Assembly (NCBI GenBank): GCA_964448115.1
Contig: CAYUVA010000004.1
Coordinates: forward strand, 62,001 to 126,000
DNA length: 64,000 bases
Source of the DNA: an uncultured bacterium
Lineage (GTDB): Bacteria > CAYUVA01
Direction: 5' to 3'
The translations under genes and the position numbers were made by a program. Under the pieces are notes generated by a model. It was not told where the DNA came from. It saw only the letters and a list, made by a program, of their open reading frames with translations, and did not search any database. Shown here in pieces: positions 1-9,948 of this stretch (position 1 is the stretch's first letter; the number at the start of each line of letters is the position of its first letter).

Positions 1-58
1 AACAAATTTTGAATCATCGGCAGAAGATACTGCATAGAAAAGATTATGAGGTTAAAGC

Positions 59-859
59 ATGGGTTCGTTGAGAGATAACTTCGAGACCATAAGCGTTTCG
101 ATTGATGAGAGGATCGCCACCGTTGCCTTGAATCGCCCTGAGATCCATAATGCCTTCAACGAGGTGCTGATCGCCGAGCTTACCGAGGTTTTCAATGTTT
201 TAGGCAATGATGACAATGTTCGGGTTGTAGTTTTAACTGGTCGAGGAAAATCCTTTTGCGCCGGCGCGGATCTCGAATGGATGGGAAGAATGCGCAACTA
301 TAGCTTCGAAGAGAACTATGATGACTCCTATGCCCTCGCTGAGTGCATGTACACCATATACTCGTGCCCCAAGCCTGTAATAGGGTGCATCAATGGCTCT
401 GCATTCGGTGGAGGATGCGGTCTGGTCGCTGCCTGCGATATATCACTTGCCTCCAATGAGGCACGCTTTGCACTATCGGAGGTGAAGCTCGGCTTGGTGC
501 CTGCTTGTATCGCACCTTATGTCATCATGCGCATCGGAATAAAGAACGCTCGAGAGCTTTTCCTAACCGGAGAGCGAATTAACGCAAAGATGGCTCAGAA
601 CATTGGGCTGATAAACTATGCGCTCGAAACTGACCTGTTGCAACATCGCATACGGCAGCTTTGCAACACCCTTATTACCAGCGGTCCCAATGCACTTGCA
701 ATATGCAAGCAATTGATAGCCGATGTGCCAACCATGTCATTGAAGGAGGCTAAGCAATACACCGCCAGAATGATAGCAAAACTGCGAGTCAGCGACGAGG
801 CAAAGGAGGGTATAAGCGCATTCTTTGAAAAAAGAAAACCAAGTTGGGCTCACGAATAG
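59..859 (+). CDS. Enoyl-CoA hydratase/isomerase (crotonase), methylglutaconyl-CoA hydratase-like
   Basis: LNRPEIHNAFN, FCAGADL, AFGGGCGLVAACD, LSEVKLGLVPA and C-terminal EGISAFFEKRKPSW. Confidence 0.9.
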   Translation: MGSLRDNFETISVSIDERIATVALNRPEIHNAFNEVLIAELTEVFNVLGNDDNVRVVVLTGRGKSFCAGADLEWMGRMRNYSFEENYDDSYALAECMYTIYSCPKPVIGCINGSAFGGGCGLVAACDISLASNEARFALSEVKLGLVPACIAPYVIMRIGIKNARELFLTGERINAKMAQNIGLINYALETDLLQHRIRQLCNTLITSGPNALAICKQLIADVPTMSLKEAKQYTARMIAKLRVSDEAKEGISAFFEKRKPSWAHE

Positions 860-895
860 AACACTTCACCGTCCGGCATGATTACCTCAAATCTG

Positions 896-930
896 CTCCC
901 TCTCCCTCTGGGAGAGGGCTGGGGAGAGGG
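896..930. repeat. REP-like palindrome CCCTCTCCC-TCT-GGGAGAGGG-CT-GGGGAGAGGG
   Basis: 9-bp inverted repeat plus G-rich tail between convergent genes. Confidence 0.7.
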
Positions 931-942
931 CATTCCATCACC

Positions 943-1034
943 CCCCCCGTTCACGGGCATCTCCTCTTCTTTTCCCCCCGTTCACGGGCATCTCCTCTTC
1001 TTTTCCCCCCGTTCACGGGGGGATTAAGGGGGGG
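943..1034. repeat. 31-bp tandem repeat (2 full units plus a partial unit ending in a CCCCCCG-TTCA-CGGGGGG hairpin)
   Basis: CCCCCCGTTCACGGG starts at 943, 974 and 1005; unit CCCCCCGTTCACGGGCATCTCCTCTTCTTTT. Confidence 0.9.
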
Positions 1035-1839
1035 AAGCGACAAATACCCTACCATTCATGCTACCGCTACGATAGCCCTCAAGATCCAAGCTGATAAAAA
1101 CAAAACCAAGCTCCTTAAATCGGGCTATGATACTTTCTCTCATGCCTGCTTCTAAAAGCCTCGGTATCTCTTGCCCCAAAACCTCGATACGAGCGCTTTT
1201 GTCTAATAATCGCACCCGATATTGACTGAAGCCAAGCGATTCCAGATGTTCCTCACCCTTTTCAACCATGCAAAGTAATTCCTCGGTTATCCTTTGCCCG
1301 TATGGAAATCGGCTAGCTAGGCAAGCCATGCTCGGCTTGGCAAAGGTTTCCAAGCCCAGCTCCTTGGATAGCTCCCTGATCTCTTGTTTACTCAAGCCAA
1401 CCTCTGCCAGCGGACTACTTATACCCAACTCTTTCAGCGCTTCAAGTCCGGGACGATAATCACTAAGATCATCTACATTGCTACCATCGGCAATTTGCTC
1501 CATACCTTTTTCAATGGCTACCTCCTTCAGCTTCCCCATCAACAACTTCTTACAGTGATAGCAACGATTAGACGGGTTACTGATAAATTCTGCGTTCTCC
1601 ATGCAGTCTGAGTTCACCTCGATTACACCGATACCATGCAAGCCGGCGAATTCCAGTGCTCTTTGATGTTCCCGCCTTGGATAGACTGCATCCCTGGCGA
1701 TTACTGCAATCATCTTTTCTCCAAGCACTTGATTGGCTACATAAGCAAGAAACGAAGAATCTACCCCCCCTGAGTATGCAACAAGTAAACTTCGGTAAGA
1801 TCGAATTTTCTCTTTTAGTGCTGCAAGCTTTTGCTTCAT
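1024..1839 (-). CDS. larE: LarE-family ATP-dependent sulfur transferase (PP-loop)
   Basis: AYSGGVDS PP-loop, RCYHCK, DGSNVDDLSDYRPG, KPSMACLASRFPYG, LDLEGYRSGSMN. Confidence 0.92.
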   Translation of the reverse strand: MKQKLAALKEKIRSYRSLLVAYSGGVDSSFLAYVANQVLGEKMIAVIARDAVYPRREHQRALEFAGLHGIGVIEVNSDCMENAEFISNPSNRCYHCKKLLMGKLKEVAIEKGMEQIADGSNVDDLSDYRPGLEALKELGISSPLAEVGLSKQEIRELSKELGLETFAKPSMACLASRFPYGQRITEELLCMVEKGEEHLESLGFSQYRVRLLDKSARIEVLGQEIPRLLEAGMRESIIARFKELGFVFISLDLEGYRSGSMNGRVFVASPP

Positions 1840-2357
1840 TCTACCACTTTCTTAACATAATCTTCTCTCGGGAGCCTATGCCCCCGATAGCGGATGACGC
1901 CTTTTTTATCCACCAGTATATTGGTTGGGATGCCGAAGATCTTGTACTTGGAGGATATCCTTCTATTGCTATCCAAGAGGATCGGATAGGTGATCTTATA
2001 CTTGTTTTTTAGCTCATCCATTTTGGAGTTATACCTAGGATCGACATTTATAGAAAGTATCTCCATCTTTTCGCTATATTTTCTATACAACTGCTTCAGT
2101 TCATGGATCTCGTTGATACAGGGCTTGCACCAGGGAGCGAAGAAGACCACCAGCACCGGCTTGTTCCCTTGATACGATGAGAGTGTGTATGTCTTATTGT
2201 CTATACCCTTCAAGATTATATCTATAGCCTCATCGCCGCTATTTACGCCGATCTTTGTCTTACCGTCGCTGATACTCGATGATATAACCAGTGTCAATGC
2301 GATCATTATTACCAGCCATGTTCCAACGATGGCGCCCGTCCTGTATATCGTTCTCAT
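1836..2357 (-). CDS. Membrane-anchored TlpA/ResA-like thiol-disulfide oxidoreductase
   Basis: N-terminal TM helix, FFAPWCKPC, GIPTNILVDKKGVIRY. Confidence 0.88.
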   Translation of the reverse strand: MRTIYRTGAIVGTWLVIMIALTLVISSSISDGKTKIGVNSGDEAIDIILKGIDNKTYTLSSYQGNKPVLVVFFAPWCKPCINEIHELKQLYRKYSEKMEILSINVDPRYNSKMDELKNKYKITYPILLDSNRRISSKYKIFGIPTNILVDKKGVIRYRGHRLPREDYVKKVVE

Positions 2358-2382
2358 ATAGTTTTCTCCCTGTTTTCGCTTG

Positions 2383-3093
2383 TTATATAATCTGTTTTCC
2401 GACCTGGATCAAGAAGTACTCCGCCATGATGATCATGATTATCCCGAATGCCCTCTTTATTCTGTTCAGCCACATTCCCTGTTTAGGCATGGCGGTTACC
2501 AGCCCGGCAAATGTGCCGAGCACAATGAACAACACGCCCATTCCTAGGGCATAAGAGAAGAATAAAATACCCCCATAAACCGCGTTCCCGGATAGAGAAA
2601 CCCAGCCGCCTAGAACTCCAAGGATCGGTCCCACGCAAGGAGAGGCTGCAAATCCCAGGATAATGCCCATAAGAAGAGCGCCTCCAATGCCTGCCTTGCT
2701 GCCTTTAGGAGCAAAGCGGTTCAAAAAGGTGAACTGGGGAAACTCGAAGACTCCCAACATCGATAAACCGAGGAGAAGAATGATATTGCCGATAATGAAG
2801 AAAGTCCATTTATTGCTTGCGATCTGCCCGAACATCATCCCTGGTATGAGTGCGGCCAGCACGCCCAGGATGCTGTAGGTAATCGCTATCCCAAGCGTAA
2901 AGAAGACCGAAAGTATAAAACCGTGTAGCTTGCTTTTCCCCGAGCGAGCACCTATGTAGCTTACCGTTACAGGTATCATCGGATATACGCAGGGAGTCAA
3001 GCTGGACAATACTCCACCTATGAATACCAGTATAATCGCCAGCGGTGCATTATTTCCTAGTGCGTTTTGCAGGGATTCAGCTAAGCCCTCCAA
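2383..3093 (-). CDS. CcdA/DsbD transmembrane electron transporter
   Basis: LTPCVYPMIP and ASPCVGPIL conserved Cys motifs, multi-TM; TTG start with GGAGG RBS. Confidence 0.9.
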   Translation of the reverse strand: MEGLAESLQNALGNNAPLAIILVFIGGVLSSLTPCVYPMIPVTVSYIGARSGKSKLHGFILSVFFTLGIAITYSILGVLAALIPGMMFGQIASNKWTFFIIGNIILLLGLSMLGVFEFPQFTFLNRFAPKGSKAGIGGALLMGIILGFAASPCVGPILGVLGGWVSLSGNAVYGGILFFSYALGMGVLFIVLGTFAGLVTAMPKQGMWLNRIKRAFGIIMIIMAEYFLIQVGKQII

Positions 3094-3094
3094 C

Positions 3095-3424
3095 CTAGCC
3101 CTCCAGGTATTGCTTTATATTCTGTAACAGCTTAGCCTTGGGTAAAAAGCCGTTGAATGACTCCATAATGGTTCCGTTCTTGATAATGAAGGTAACCGGA
3201 ACGCTCATTACACTGTATTCTCTCGCCAGGTCCGGGGACTCTCCAACATCGACGGTAAAAAATTTGACCCTGCCAGCGAGTTCCTCCTGGAGTTCTTCCA
3301 TGATAGGCTCCAGCTTCTTGCATGGTCCACACCATTGTCCACCGAACTCGACCACCGATAAGACATCGGAATCTTGAACCTCTGTCTTGAAGTTAACTTC
3401 ATTGACCTTTTTCAGGTTAGCCAT
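3095..3424 (-). CDS. Thioredoxin
   Basis: WCGPC, VMSVP cis-Pro motif, 109 aa. Confidence 0.93.
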   Translation of the reverse strand: MANLKKVNEVNFKTEVQDSDVLSVVEFGGQWCGPCKKLEPIMEELQEELAGRVKFFTVDVGESPDLAREYSVMSVPVTFIIKNGTIMESFNGFLPKAKLLQNIKQYLEG

Positions 3425-3527
3425 TTTATGCTTGCTCCTTAGTTGCTTAACTTAAACAATTAACATTTTTTTCATATTCCTTCATTATATTGCTATCTGT
3501 TTCCAGATCAAAGGGAATTTAAATGTT

Positions 3528-3630
3528 CCCAGATCTTCAGCTTGAACTTGCCTACTTAGGGGTAAACCCTTTTCTAGAAAATGATTATCCCCCGAACCTC
3601 CTTCCCAAAAGCTGCATTAACCAGGTGTTC
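3528..3630. repeat. Dispersed ~100-bp intergenic repeat, copy A
   Basis: Aligns by eye with 11671-11770; shared blocks TCTTCAG, CCTTTTC, GATTATCCCCC, CTTCCCAAAAGC. Confidence 0.8.
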
Positions 3631-3742
3631 GAGCCAAAGGCTCCTCGCAACTGATTGCATTCGCCTTTAAGCGATCTTGTCAATTGAAACAGAGAATCTA
3701 GGATCGTTTTATCCAATTTTTTATTTATAGTATACTGGTAGC

Positions 3743-4132
3743 ATGGCAGTTGAACTATCAGCTCGCAGGAAAAGGATCTTAACCGCCCTCTTCGATGCGC
3801 TTGTACCAGAGGACACCCCCCGAATGCCCCCCTGGAGAGACACGCAGGCTTACCAGATCGCCTGCGATGTCATGGATGCGCCAGTGAAAGAGGTTCGCAA
3901 GGCTTACCTGTACATGCTCGATCTTATTGAATATTTGCCCCTGGTTATACTTGGCACACCAACCAGATTCACCAGGCTCGAAAGAGACCTTCAGTTGGAG
4001 TACCTGTATCGGCTTCTGAACCACCCCATTTATAGCCTGAGGATACTTGTGAGGATCTTTAGCATCTTTTGCTACATGGGCTACTATCACGATGAACGAA
4101 TAAAGAGAGAGATAGGATTCGATCAGCTATGA
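3743..4132 (+). CDS. Small partner subunit of GMC oxidoreductase (gluconate 2-dehydrogenase subunit 3-like)
   Basis: RFTRL..DLQLEYL and MGYY..E..KREIGF pattern; ATGA overlap with the GMC gene. Confidence 0.6.
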   Translation: MAVELSARRKRILTALFDALVPEDTPRMPPWRDTQAYQIACDVMDAPVKEVRKAYLYMLDLIEYLPLVILGTPTRFTRLERDLQLEYLYRLLNHPIYSLRILVRIFSIFCYMGYYHDERIKREIGFDQL

Positions 4133-5637
4133 TAATTACCAGCAGGGATGTTTCAAAGGATATCGAGCAGAGTGCCGATGTAGTCGTGATCGGCAGCGGA
4201 GCTGGGGGAGCGGTCAGCGCCGCCGAGCTTGCCGAGGGGGGCTTGAGCGTAATCATCGTTGAGGAGGGAGGATACTATAAGCCCGATTACTTCGACAACG
4301 ACTTCTTAAAGCTCGCCTTCACCATGTATCGGGACAAGAATATGACCGCCACTCTGGGGCATCCTGGGGTGCTGCTGCCATTGGGCTGCTGCGTGGGAGG
4401 CACTACGACAGTGAACAGCGGCACCTGCTTTCGCACTCCGCAACACCTGCTCAGGCAGTGGAATTGGAGGTTCGGTCTCAAGGTAACGGCAAGGGATCTT
4501 AAGCCGCACTTCGAGGCGGTCGAGGAGTTTCTCGGCATTAGCGAGGCAAAAAAGGAGAACCTGGGCTTGAATGCCCTGGTGGTAAAAAAAGGAGCCGAAG
4601 CTCTCGGATACAGCCACCGACCGTTAAGGCGAAACGCAGCCGAGTGTACCGCCAAGGGTCGCTGCGCATTCGGATGTCCATCCTCGGCGAAAAAGAGCAT
4701 GGATATCTCCTATATCCCCAAGGCGCTTAAGCATGGCGCCATTCTCTACGCCAACTGCCAGGTTAGGGATATCATGGTCGAAAATGGCAAGGCAGTCGGC
4801 ATCAGGGGAGTTTTTCTGCACCCGGAGTCAAAAGAGAAGCTGCATACCCTCACTGTTCGGGCAAAGAAGGTGATCCTCTCCGCCGGTGCGGTCTATTCGC
4901 CACAGCTTCTCAAGCAAAATAATCTCTGCAAGGGAAGTCGGCAGGTGGGTCGCAACTTATTTATCCACCCGGCAGTGAAGGTAATGGGGCTGTTCGATAG
5001 CAAGATAGAGGGCTGGAAATCGATTCCTCAGGGCTACTGCATCGACGAATTCAAGGGAATGGGGATAATTATGGAGAACGCATTCTTGCCCCCGGAGCTT
5101 CATGTAACCGCTGCCCCCTTCATCGGCAGAAGACACCGTGAATTCATGGAAAAATATCCCTACCTGAGCGTTTGGGGTGTGATGGTCTCTGATACATCGG
5201 GCGGGATAATTGTAAATGCGGGTACAAATAAGCCCCTGATGTTCTATCATCTCAATAAACGGGACTTTGAGCGCTTCAAGCTGGGGACTGCCATAATGGC
5301 TGAGGTCTTTTTCGCAGCCGGCGCAAGGGAGGTCTATCTACCCTTTAGCAAGCTGACCTCGATAAACTCGCCGGATGAGATTCGCCTGATCTTCAACTCC
5401 AACCTGAGACCAGCGCATGCCGATCTGATCGCCTTTCACCCCATGGGCACCTGTCGCATGGGTGAAGATCCCCGCCGCTGCGTGGTCGATTCTAACCTTG
5501 AGACCTTTGAGGTAAAGAACCTTTATGTGATCGATGCCAGCATCTTCCCCTCGTCGCTGGGAGTCAATCCGCAGGAGTCGATCTTCGGCTTCGCACGCTA
5601 TGCAGCACATAAGATCATTGCGAAATACAGGAGATAA
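4129..5637 (+). CDS. GMC family flavin oxidoreductase
   Basis: VIGSGAGG FAD motif, VGGTTTVNSG, GRNLFIHP, HPMGTCRMG, DASIFPSSLGVNPQ. Confidence 0.92.
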   Translation: MIITSRDVSKDIEQSADVVVIGSGAGGAVSAAELAEGGLSVIIVEEGGYYKPDYFDNDFLKLAFTMYRDKNMTATLGHPGVLLPLGCCVGGTTTVNSGTCFRTPQHLLRQWNWRFGLKVTARDLKPHFEAVEEFLGISEAKKENLGLNALVVKKGAEALGYSHRPLRRNAAECTAKGRCAFGCPSSAKKSMDISYIPKALKHGAILYANCQVRDIMVENGKAVGIRGVFLHPESKEKLHTLTVRAKKVILSAGAVYSPQLLKQNNLCKGSRQVGRNLFIHPAVKVMGLFDSKIEGWKSIPQGYCIDEFKGMGIIMENAFLPPELHVTAAPFIGRRHREFMEKYPYLSVWGVMVSDTSGGIIVNAGTNKPLMFYHLNKRDFERFKLGTAIMAEVFFAAGAREVYLPFSKLTSINSPDEIRLIFNSNLRPAHADLIAFHPMGTCRMGEDPRRCVVDSNLETFEVKNLYVIDASIFPSSLGVNPQESIFGFARYAAHKIIAKYRR

Positions 5638-5797
5638 AAGATATCGTAAATCCATCCTTACAATAGATTGCTTGAAAAAGTCGATCTTTCTGCTATAGTC
5701 ATGTTGTAATAGGGAAAGTGTTGGGAGGGTCAAGATTGAACTAAAAACTGGAGTGGAGAGGTATCTCTATCTCCTTTAGGTACTAAGGAGCTGGGTT

Positions 5798-7690
5798 ATG
5801 GAAATCTTTGATGTATTGGAACTTGGATCAGTAAGGCTTGCTAATCGTCTTGCTATGGCGCCCTTAAAGACCGCCTATAATAGTAAGGACGGCAAGATTA
5901 CTTCAAAGACAATCGAATTCTTCAGAAGGCGTGCACAAGGCGGAGTTGGATTGATAATAAGCGAACCGCTCTATGTCTCTCTGGAGGGAAAGGAACACCC
6001 TAAACAGCTAGGGATTGATGAAGATGACAAAATTGAGGGATTAGTAGATCTTGTTGATGCTGTACACCAGGAAGGATCTAAGATATTTGCCCACTTAAAC
6101 CACGGCGGAAGAGCTGCCAATCCAAAAGCCTCCGGGAAACCTGCAAAGGCTCCATCACCTGTAACCTGTCAAGCAAAAGAGATAACCCCCGAACAGCTTA
6201 GCATAGACGAGATAAGATACATTGTTAACTGCTATGCAAATGCTGCACTAAGAGCCAAAAGGGCTGGATTCGATGGTATCGAATTACAATGTGGTCTCGG
6301 ATATCTTGTAGCTCAATTCCTATCTCCCAAGACGAACCTAAGAACCGATGAATATGGTAATGGCTACAAGTTTCTAGAGGAAGTAATTGATGCAGTAAAA
6401 CAGCATGTTCCCGAGAGATACCCGATCATTGCCAGGATCTCGATGGATGAAAAGGTTGAAGGGGGTTTGAAAATAGAGGATACGATAAGATTAGCCTCCT
6501 TTCTGGCTGGAAAGGGCTTAGCAGCCATACATGTAGTATCGGGGAATGTATGTGATTCTCCCCCATTTTACTTCCAGTATATGAGTCTCCCTAAGCAATT
6601 TAACCTTAAACTGGCATTGATACTCAAAGAAAAGATAGATCTTCCGATTATTGTAGCTGGAAGAATGGGGGAGCCGGATGATATTCGGCTCGCATTGTCG
6701 ATGAATATTGACGGAGTTGCGCTAGGAAGGCCCTTGATCAGCGATCCAGACCTCCCAATTAAAATCATGCAAAAAAGAGAAGACGAGATTCTAAGGTGTG
6801 GTGCATGCCTCCAAGGATGCTTGTTGAAGGTAAAATCTGGAGAAGGTATCGGTTGTAGCTTTAATCCCCAGGTCGGACGAGAGGGGGAAGTTGTAGGGGC
6901 TGCTGAAAAACGAAAAAAGGTTGTGGTTGTCGGTGGAGGACCTGCAGGTATGCAGTTTGCCCTGACAGCCAAGCAACGCGGTCATAAGGTCGTATTATTT
7001 GATGACAACGACCTGGGCGGACAGATGAGATATTGTTTCCTTGCTCCAGGCAAGGAGATGATGAGAAAACCCTGTGAATTCCTACCTAGGGCGATTAAGG
7101 AGGCTGGGATCAAACTGAACCTGGGTACCCATGCTGATCTCGATTCGATCATACAGGAGAAGCCGGATGAGGTGATCATCGCTACTGGTGCAAAAGCAAA
7201 ATCTGTCGATATACCAGGGCTAGAGAAGCAGCTTACTGGACTAGATGTATTCAGCGGAAAGTTTGAGATCGGACATCGAGTCCTTATTCTTGGCGGCGGT
7301 ATGGTAGGGATAGAAATTGCTGATCTTCTGTCTCAAGAGGGACATTCAGTAACCATCATAGAGATCCTCGACTGTATTGGCAAAGGCATGGTTCCGTTTG
7401 CACTAAAAAGCACCAAGGAAAGGTTTAAAAACAAAGACATAAAAATATTTACCAATGCGAGATTGATCTCCATGGATAAGGGTAAGGCTATTATCAAGCA
7501 AGATAAGGAGCAGATGGATCTAGGCTCCTATGATACAGTAGTTGTTACAATCGGCACCATGGCTCAAAAGGAGCTTATTGAGCCGATTGAGCATCTTGGG
7601 ATACCGGTTCATGTAATAGGAGATGCCAGGAAACCAGGCACCATATTCGATGCGGTACACCAAGGGTATCAACTGGCTTTAAAGATTTAA
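5798..7690 (+). CDS. NADH:flavin oxidoreductase (OYE barrel, Fe-S linker, FAD/NAD domains; 2,4-dienoyl-CoA reductase/BaiCD-like)
   Basis: NRLAMAP, AGFDGIEL, FLSPKTNLRTDEYG, CGACLQGC, GGGPAG, GGGMVGIE. Confidence 0.9.
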   Translation: MEIFDVLELGSVRLANRLAMAPLKTAYNSKDGKITSKTIEFFRRRAQGGVGLIISEPLYVSLEGKEHPKQLGIDEDDKIEGLVDLVDAVHQEGSKIFAHLNHGGRAANPKASGKPAKAPSPVTCQAKEITPEQLSIDEIRYIVNCYANAALRAKRAGFDGIELQCGLGYLVAQFLSPKTNLRTDEYGNGYKFLEEVIDAVKQHVPERYPIIARISMDEKVEGGLKIEDTIRLASFLAGKGLAAIHVVSGNVCDSPPFYFQYMSLPKQFNLKLALILKEKIDLPIIVAGRMGEPDDIRLALSMNIDGVALGRPLISDPDLPIKIMQKREDEILRCGACLQGCLLKVKSGEGIGCSFNPQVGREGEVVGAAEKRKKVVVVGGGPAGMQFALTAKQRGHKVVLFDDNDLGGQMRYCFLAPGKEMMRKPCEFLPRAIKEAGIKLNLGTHADLDSIIQEKPDEVIIATGAKAKSVDIPGLEKQLTGLDVFSGKFEIGHRVLILGGGMVGIEIADLLSQEGHSVTIIEILDCIGKGMVPFALKSTKERFKNKDIKIFTNARLISMDKGKAIIKQDKEQMDLGSYDTVVVTIGTMAQKELIEPIEHLGIPVHVIGDARKPGTIFDAVHQGYQLALKI

Positions 7691-7857
7691 TGCAGCAAAT
7701 GACCTAGTCTTCGCTTTCCATCAAAATAGCTAAACTGAAAGGACAAATCCGTGTATCTGTTCATTTCAAACCAGGATACGCGGTTTCCCCTTGGGAAAAA
7801 TGCGTCTTTTGCATATTTCTACAAGACTCAATAATAAAAAGGATCCCTAGGCTCGGT

Positions 7858-8439
7858 TCATATATCGAACCGTGTGCCTAGCAATCGGTCTATTATTATC
7901 GATGCGGCGCTGCGTACCGAAAGGTGATTGTAGCTCGAATCAGGACTTATGGGCTTCAGCAGGTAATCAGCCATCTTGAAAACCTGGGGGGACAATCCCC
8001 AGCCAGTGCCGAAAAGAAGCAACAATCGGTTGCCATCCTCGAGCAGGTGGCGCAGAAAATAGTAGCTTATGACAGTGCATTGATCGCTCTCCTTGGCAGA
8101 GGTGGCAATGAGCGTAATCCTTGGCTCCTCATTGTTTAGCTGGGCAATCACCTGCTCAACCGTCTCGCATAAGGTTATACATTCCAGTGCATAAGCGCGA
8201 TCTGGGTTGAAGGTAGCGCCATAGCCCTCTTGCCAGTGCCTGATAAGCTCCTGAGCGTGGTCTCTTTGAGATTTCATCGGGTTTACCAGGTAACACCCCC
8301 CGAGTTCATAGGTTCGGGCTAGACGCGCCAGGTCATGGATATCGAGGTTGGTTATGGCAGTAGCCACCTCTTCTTTGTGCTTATTGAGCACCGGGTAGTG
8401 GACTAAGGCGATATAGACCCTGGAGCCAAGCGATCTCAA
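7858..8439 (-). CDS. SPOUT-family RNA methyltransferase (DUF2168/TM1570 type)
   Basis: [45 protein letters not shown]; follows trmD. Confidence 0.9.
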   Translation of the reverse strand: MRSLGSRVYIALVHYPVLNKHKEEVATAITNLDIHDLARLARTYELGGCYLVNPMKSQRDHAQELIRHWQEGYGATFNPDRAYALECITLCETVEQVIAQLNNEEPRITLIATSAKESDQCTVISYYFLRHLLEDGNRLLLLFGTGWGLSPQVFKMADYLLKPISPDSSYNHLSVRSAASIIIDRLLGTRFDI

Positions 8440-9119
8440 TCTTCTTTTTCTTCTTTAAGCAGATCGGGGCGGTTCTCCCTGGTTCGCTTTAAAGCCATCT
8501 CTTTACGCCATTGGCTAATCTTCTCATGATGACCAGATAACAGCACGCCAGGTACCCTCCAGCCCCTGTATTCTTCGGGTCTGGTATATTGCGGGTATTC
8601 GAGAAGCCCCTCTTGGAAGGACTCCTCCCCAAGTGCCTCCTCATCAAGCACCCCGGGCAGCAACCTGGTTACCGCATCGATTACCACCAACGCCGGCAAC
8701 TCTCCGCCGGTCAATATGTAGTCCCCGATGGAAAGCTCCATGTCAGCCAGGTGTTCGCTGACCCGGTGATCCACTCCCTCGTATCTTCCACAGATTAGTA
8801 TTACCTGCTCCAGGTTGGATAATTCGCTTGCTATCTGCTGCTTGAAGAGCTTTCCCTGGGGCGTCAGCAGAATAACCCTGCTGGCTTCTTTCCTTTGTAT
8901 GTTGTTTAGTGCCTCGAAGATAGGCTCTATCTTCATCACCATGCCACTTCCGCCGCCAAAGGGGTAATCATCGACACAGCGGTGCTTATCCCTGGCGAAT
9001 GTCCTTATATCAACCAGCTTTATGTCGATCAAACCATCCGAGCGTGCCTTTTTCAGGATCGAGTATGCAAGGGGACTATCAAACATGCCCGGGAAAAGGG
9101 TAAGGACTACAAACTCCAT
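8436..9119 (-). CDS. trmD: tRNA (guanine-N1)-methyltransferase
   Basis: [42 protein letters not shown]. Confidence 0.98.
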   Translation of the reverse strand: MEFVVLTLFPGMFDSPLAYSILKKARSDGLIDIKLVDIRTFARDKHRCVDDYPFGGGSGMVMKIEPIFEALNNIQRKEASRVILLTPQGKLFKQQIASELSNLEQVILICGRYEGVDHRVSEHLADMELSIGDYILTGGELPALVVIDAVTRLLPGVLDEEALGEESFQEGLLEYPQYTRPEEYRGWRVPGVLLSGHHEKISQWRKEMALKRTRENRPDLLKEEKED

Positions 9120-9120
9120 C

Positions 9121-9648
9121 TTAGAGATCCAGCATACCCTCCAAGGGATCTACCCTGATCACCCTGTTTTCAATGTCAACGAGCTTTATCACCTCACTGA
9201 TGAACGGGATAAGGTATTCCTTTTCATCCTGTTTTACTACCAGTATGTCGCAACTGCCATAGTTCTGACCATCATCTACTACACCAAGAAGAGAATCATC
9301 GGGTAAAAGGACCTGGCAACCTATAAGATCGAACCAATAATATTCATCCTCTCCAAGCTGGTTGATCTCTTTCTCGCTGATGCAGATCAGGCATCCGGTC
9401 AGCTCTTTAGCCGCCTCTATTTCCGAGATCCCCTCGAATTTTATAAGGAAATTGCTCTTGTAAGGTTTTGCACTTAAGACCTCAAGTCTGCCTAAATATT
9501 CATCATCCCTAGTGATGTGTAGTCGCCTGGTCTTCATTAGTTTCTCGGGGAAATCGGTCATTGGATAAAGCACAAGCATCCCTTCGGTTCCCCATGTCCT
9601 GCCGAGTTTACCCACGGCAACGAGATCTTCTTCAGGAGACAAGCTCAT
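9121..9648 (-). CDS. rimM: Ribosome maturation factor RimM
   Basis: [25 protein letters not shown]; conserved operon position. Confidence 0.95.
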   Translation of the reverse strand: MSLSPEEDLVAVGKLGRTWGTEGMLVLYPMTDFPEKLMKTRRLHITRDDEYLGRLEVLSAKPYKSNFLIKFEGISEIEAAKELTGCLICISEKEINQLGEDEYYWFDLIGCQVLLPDDSLLGVVDDGQNYGSCDILVVKQDEKEYLIPFISEVIKLVDIENRVIRVDPLEGMLDL

Positions 9649-9891
9649 CTATTCCATGATCTCGAGCATTATCTTCTTTTCTGATACGCTGCCGGCGACT
9701 CCCAATATTGTGCGCATAGCCTTGGCAGTTCTTCCCTGTTTGCCGATTACCCGACCAAGTTCTTTTTCAGGGACATGCAGCTCTACGACGATTGTTTTCT
9801 CGCCCTCAACTTCCTTTACCTGGACGCTATCCGGGTCTTCGACGAGGTACCTTGCGATGAATTGAACTAGTTCTCCGGGTGATTTTGCCAT
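9649..9891 (-). CDS. khpA: KH-domain RNA-binding protein (KhpA/YlqC)
   Basis: LGRVIGKQGRTAKAMRTIL, between rpsP and rimM. Confidence 0.92.
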   Translation of the reverse strand: MAKSPGELVQFIARYLVEDPDSVQVKEVEGEKTIVVELHVPEKELGRVIGKQGRTAKAMRTILGVAGSVSEKKIMLEIME

Positions 9892-9948
9892 TTGAGCAAC
9901 CTTCCTATGTTTGTTCTGTTTTGGGGTTTTATTTTATGACCGATTCAC

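Noticed and set aside
943-1034. Possible mini-CRISPR (31-bp periodicity)
   Set aside because: Units are directly tandem with identical intervening sequence; no spacers and no cas genes.
844-1155. 103-aa ORF
   Set aside because: Translation of the repeat cluster; overlaps larE antisense.
5700-5797. Possible cobalamin or FMN riboswitch before the flavoenzyme (AATAGGGAA)
   Set aside because: The remaining conserved boxes are absent and the leader is too short.
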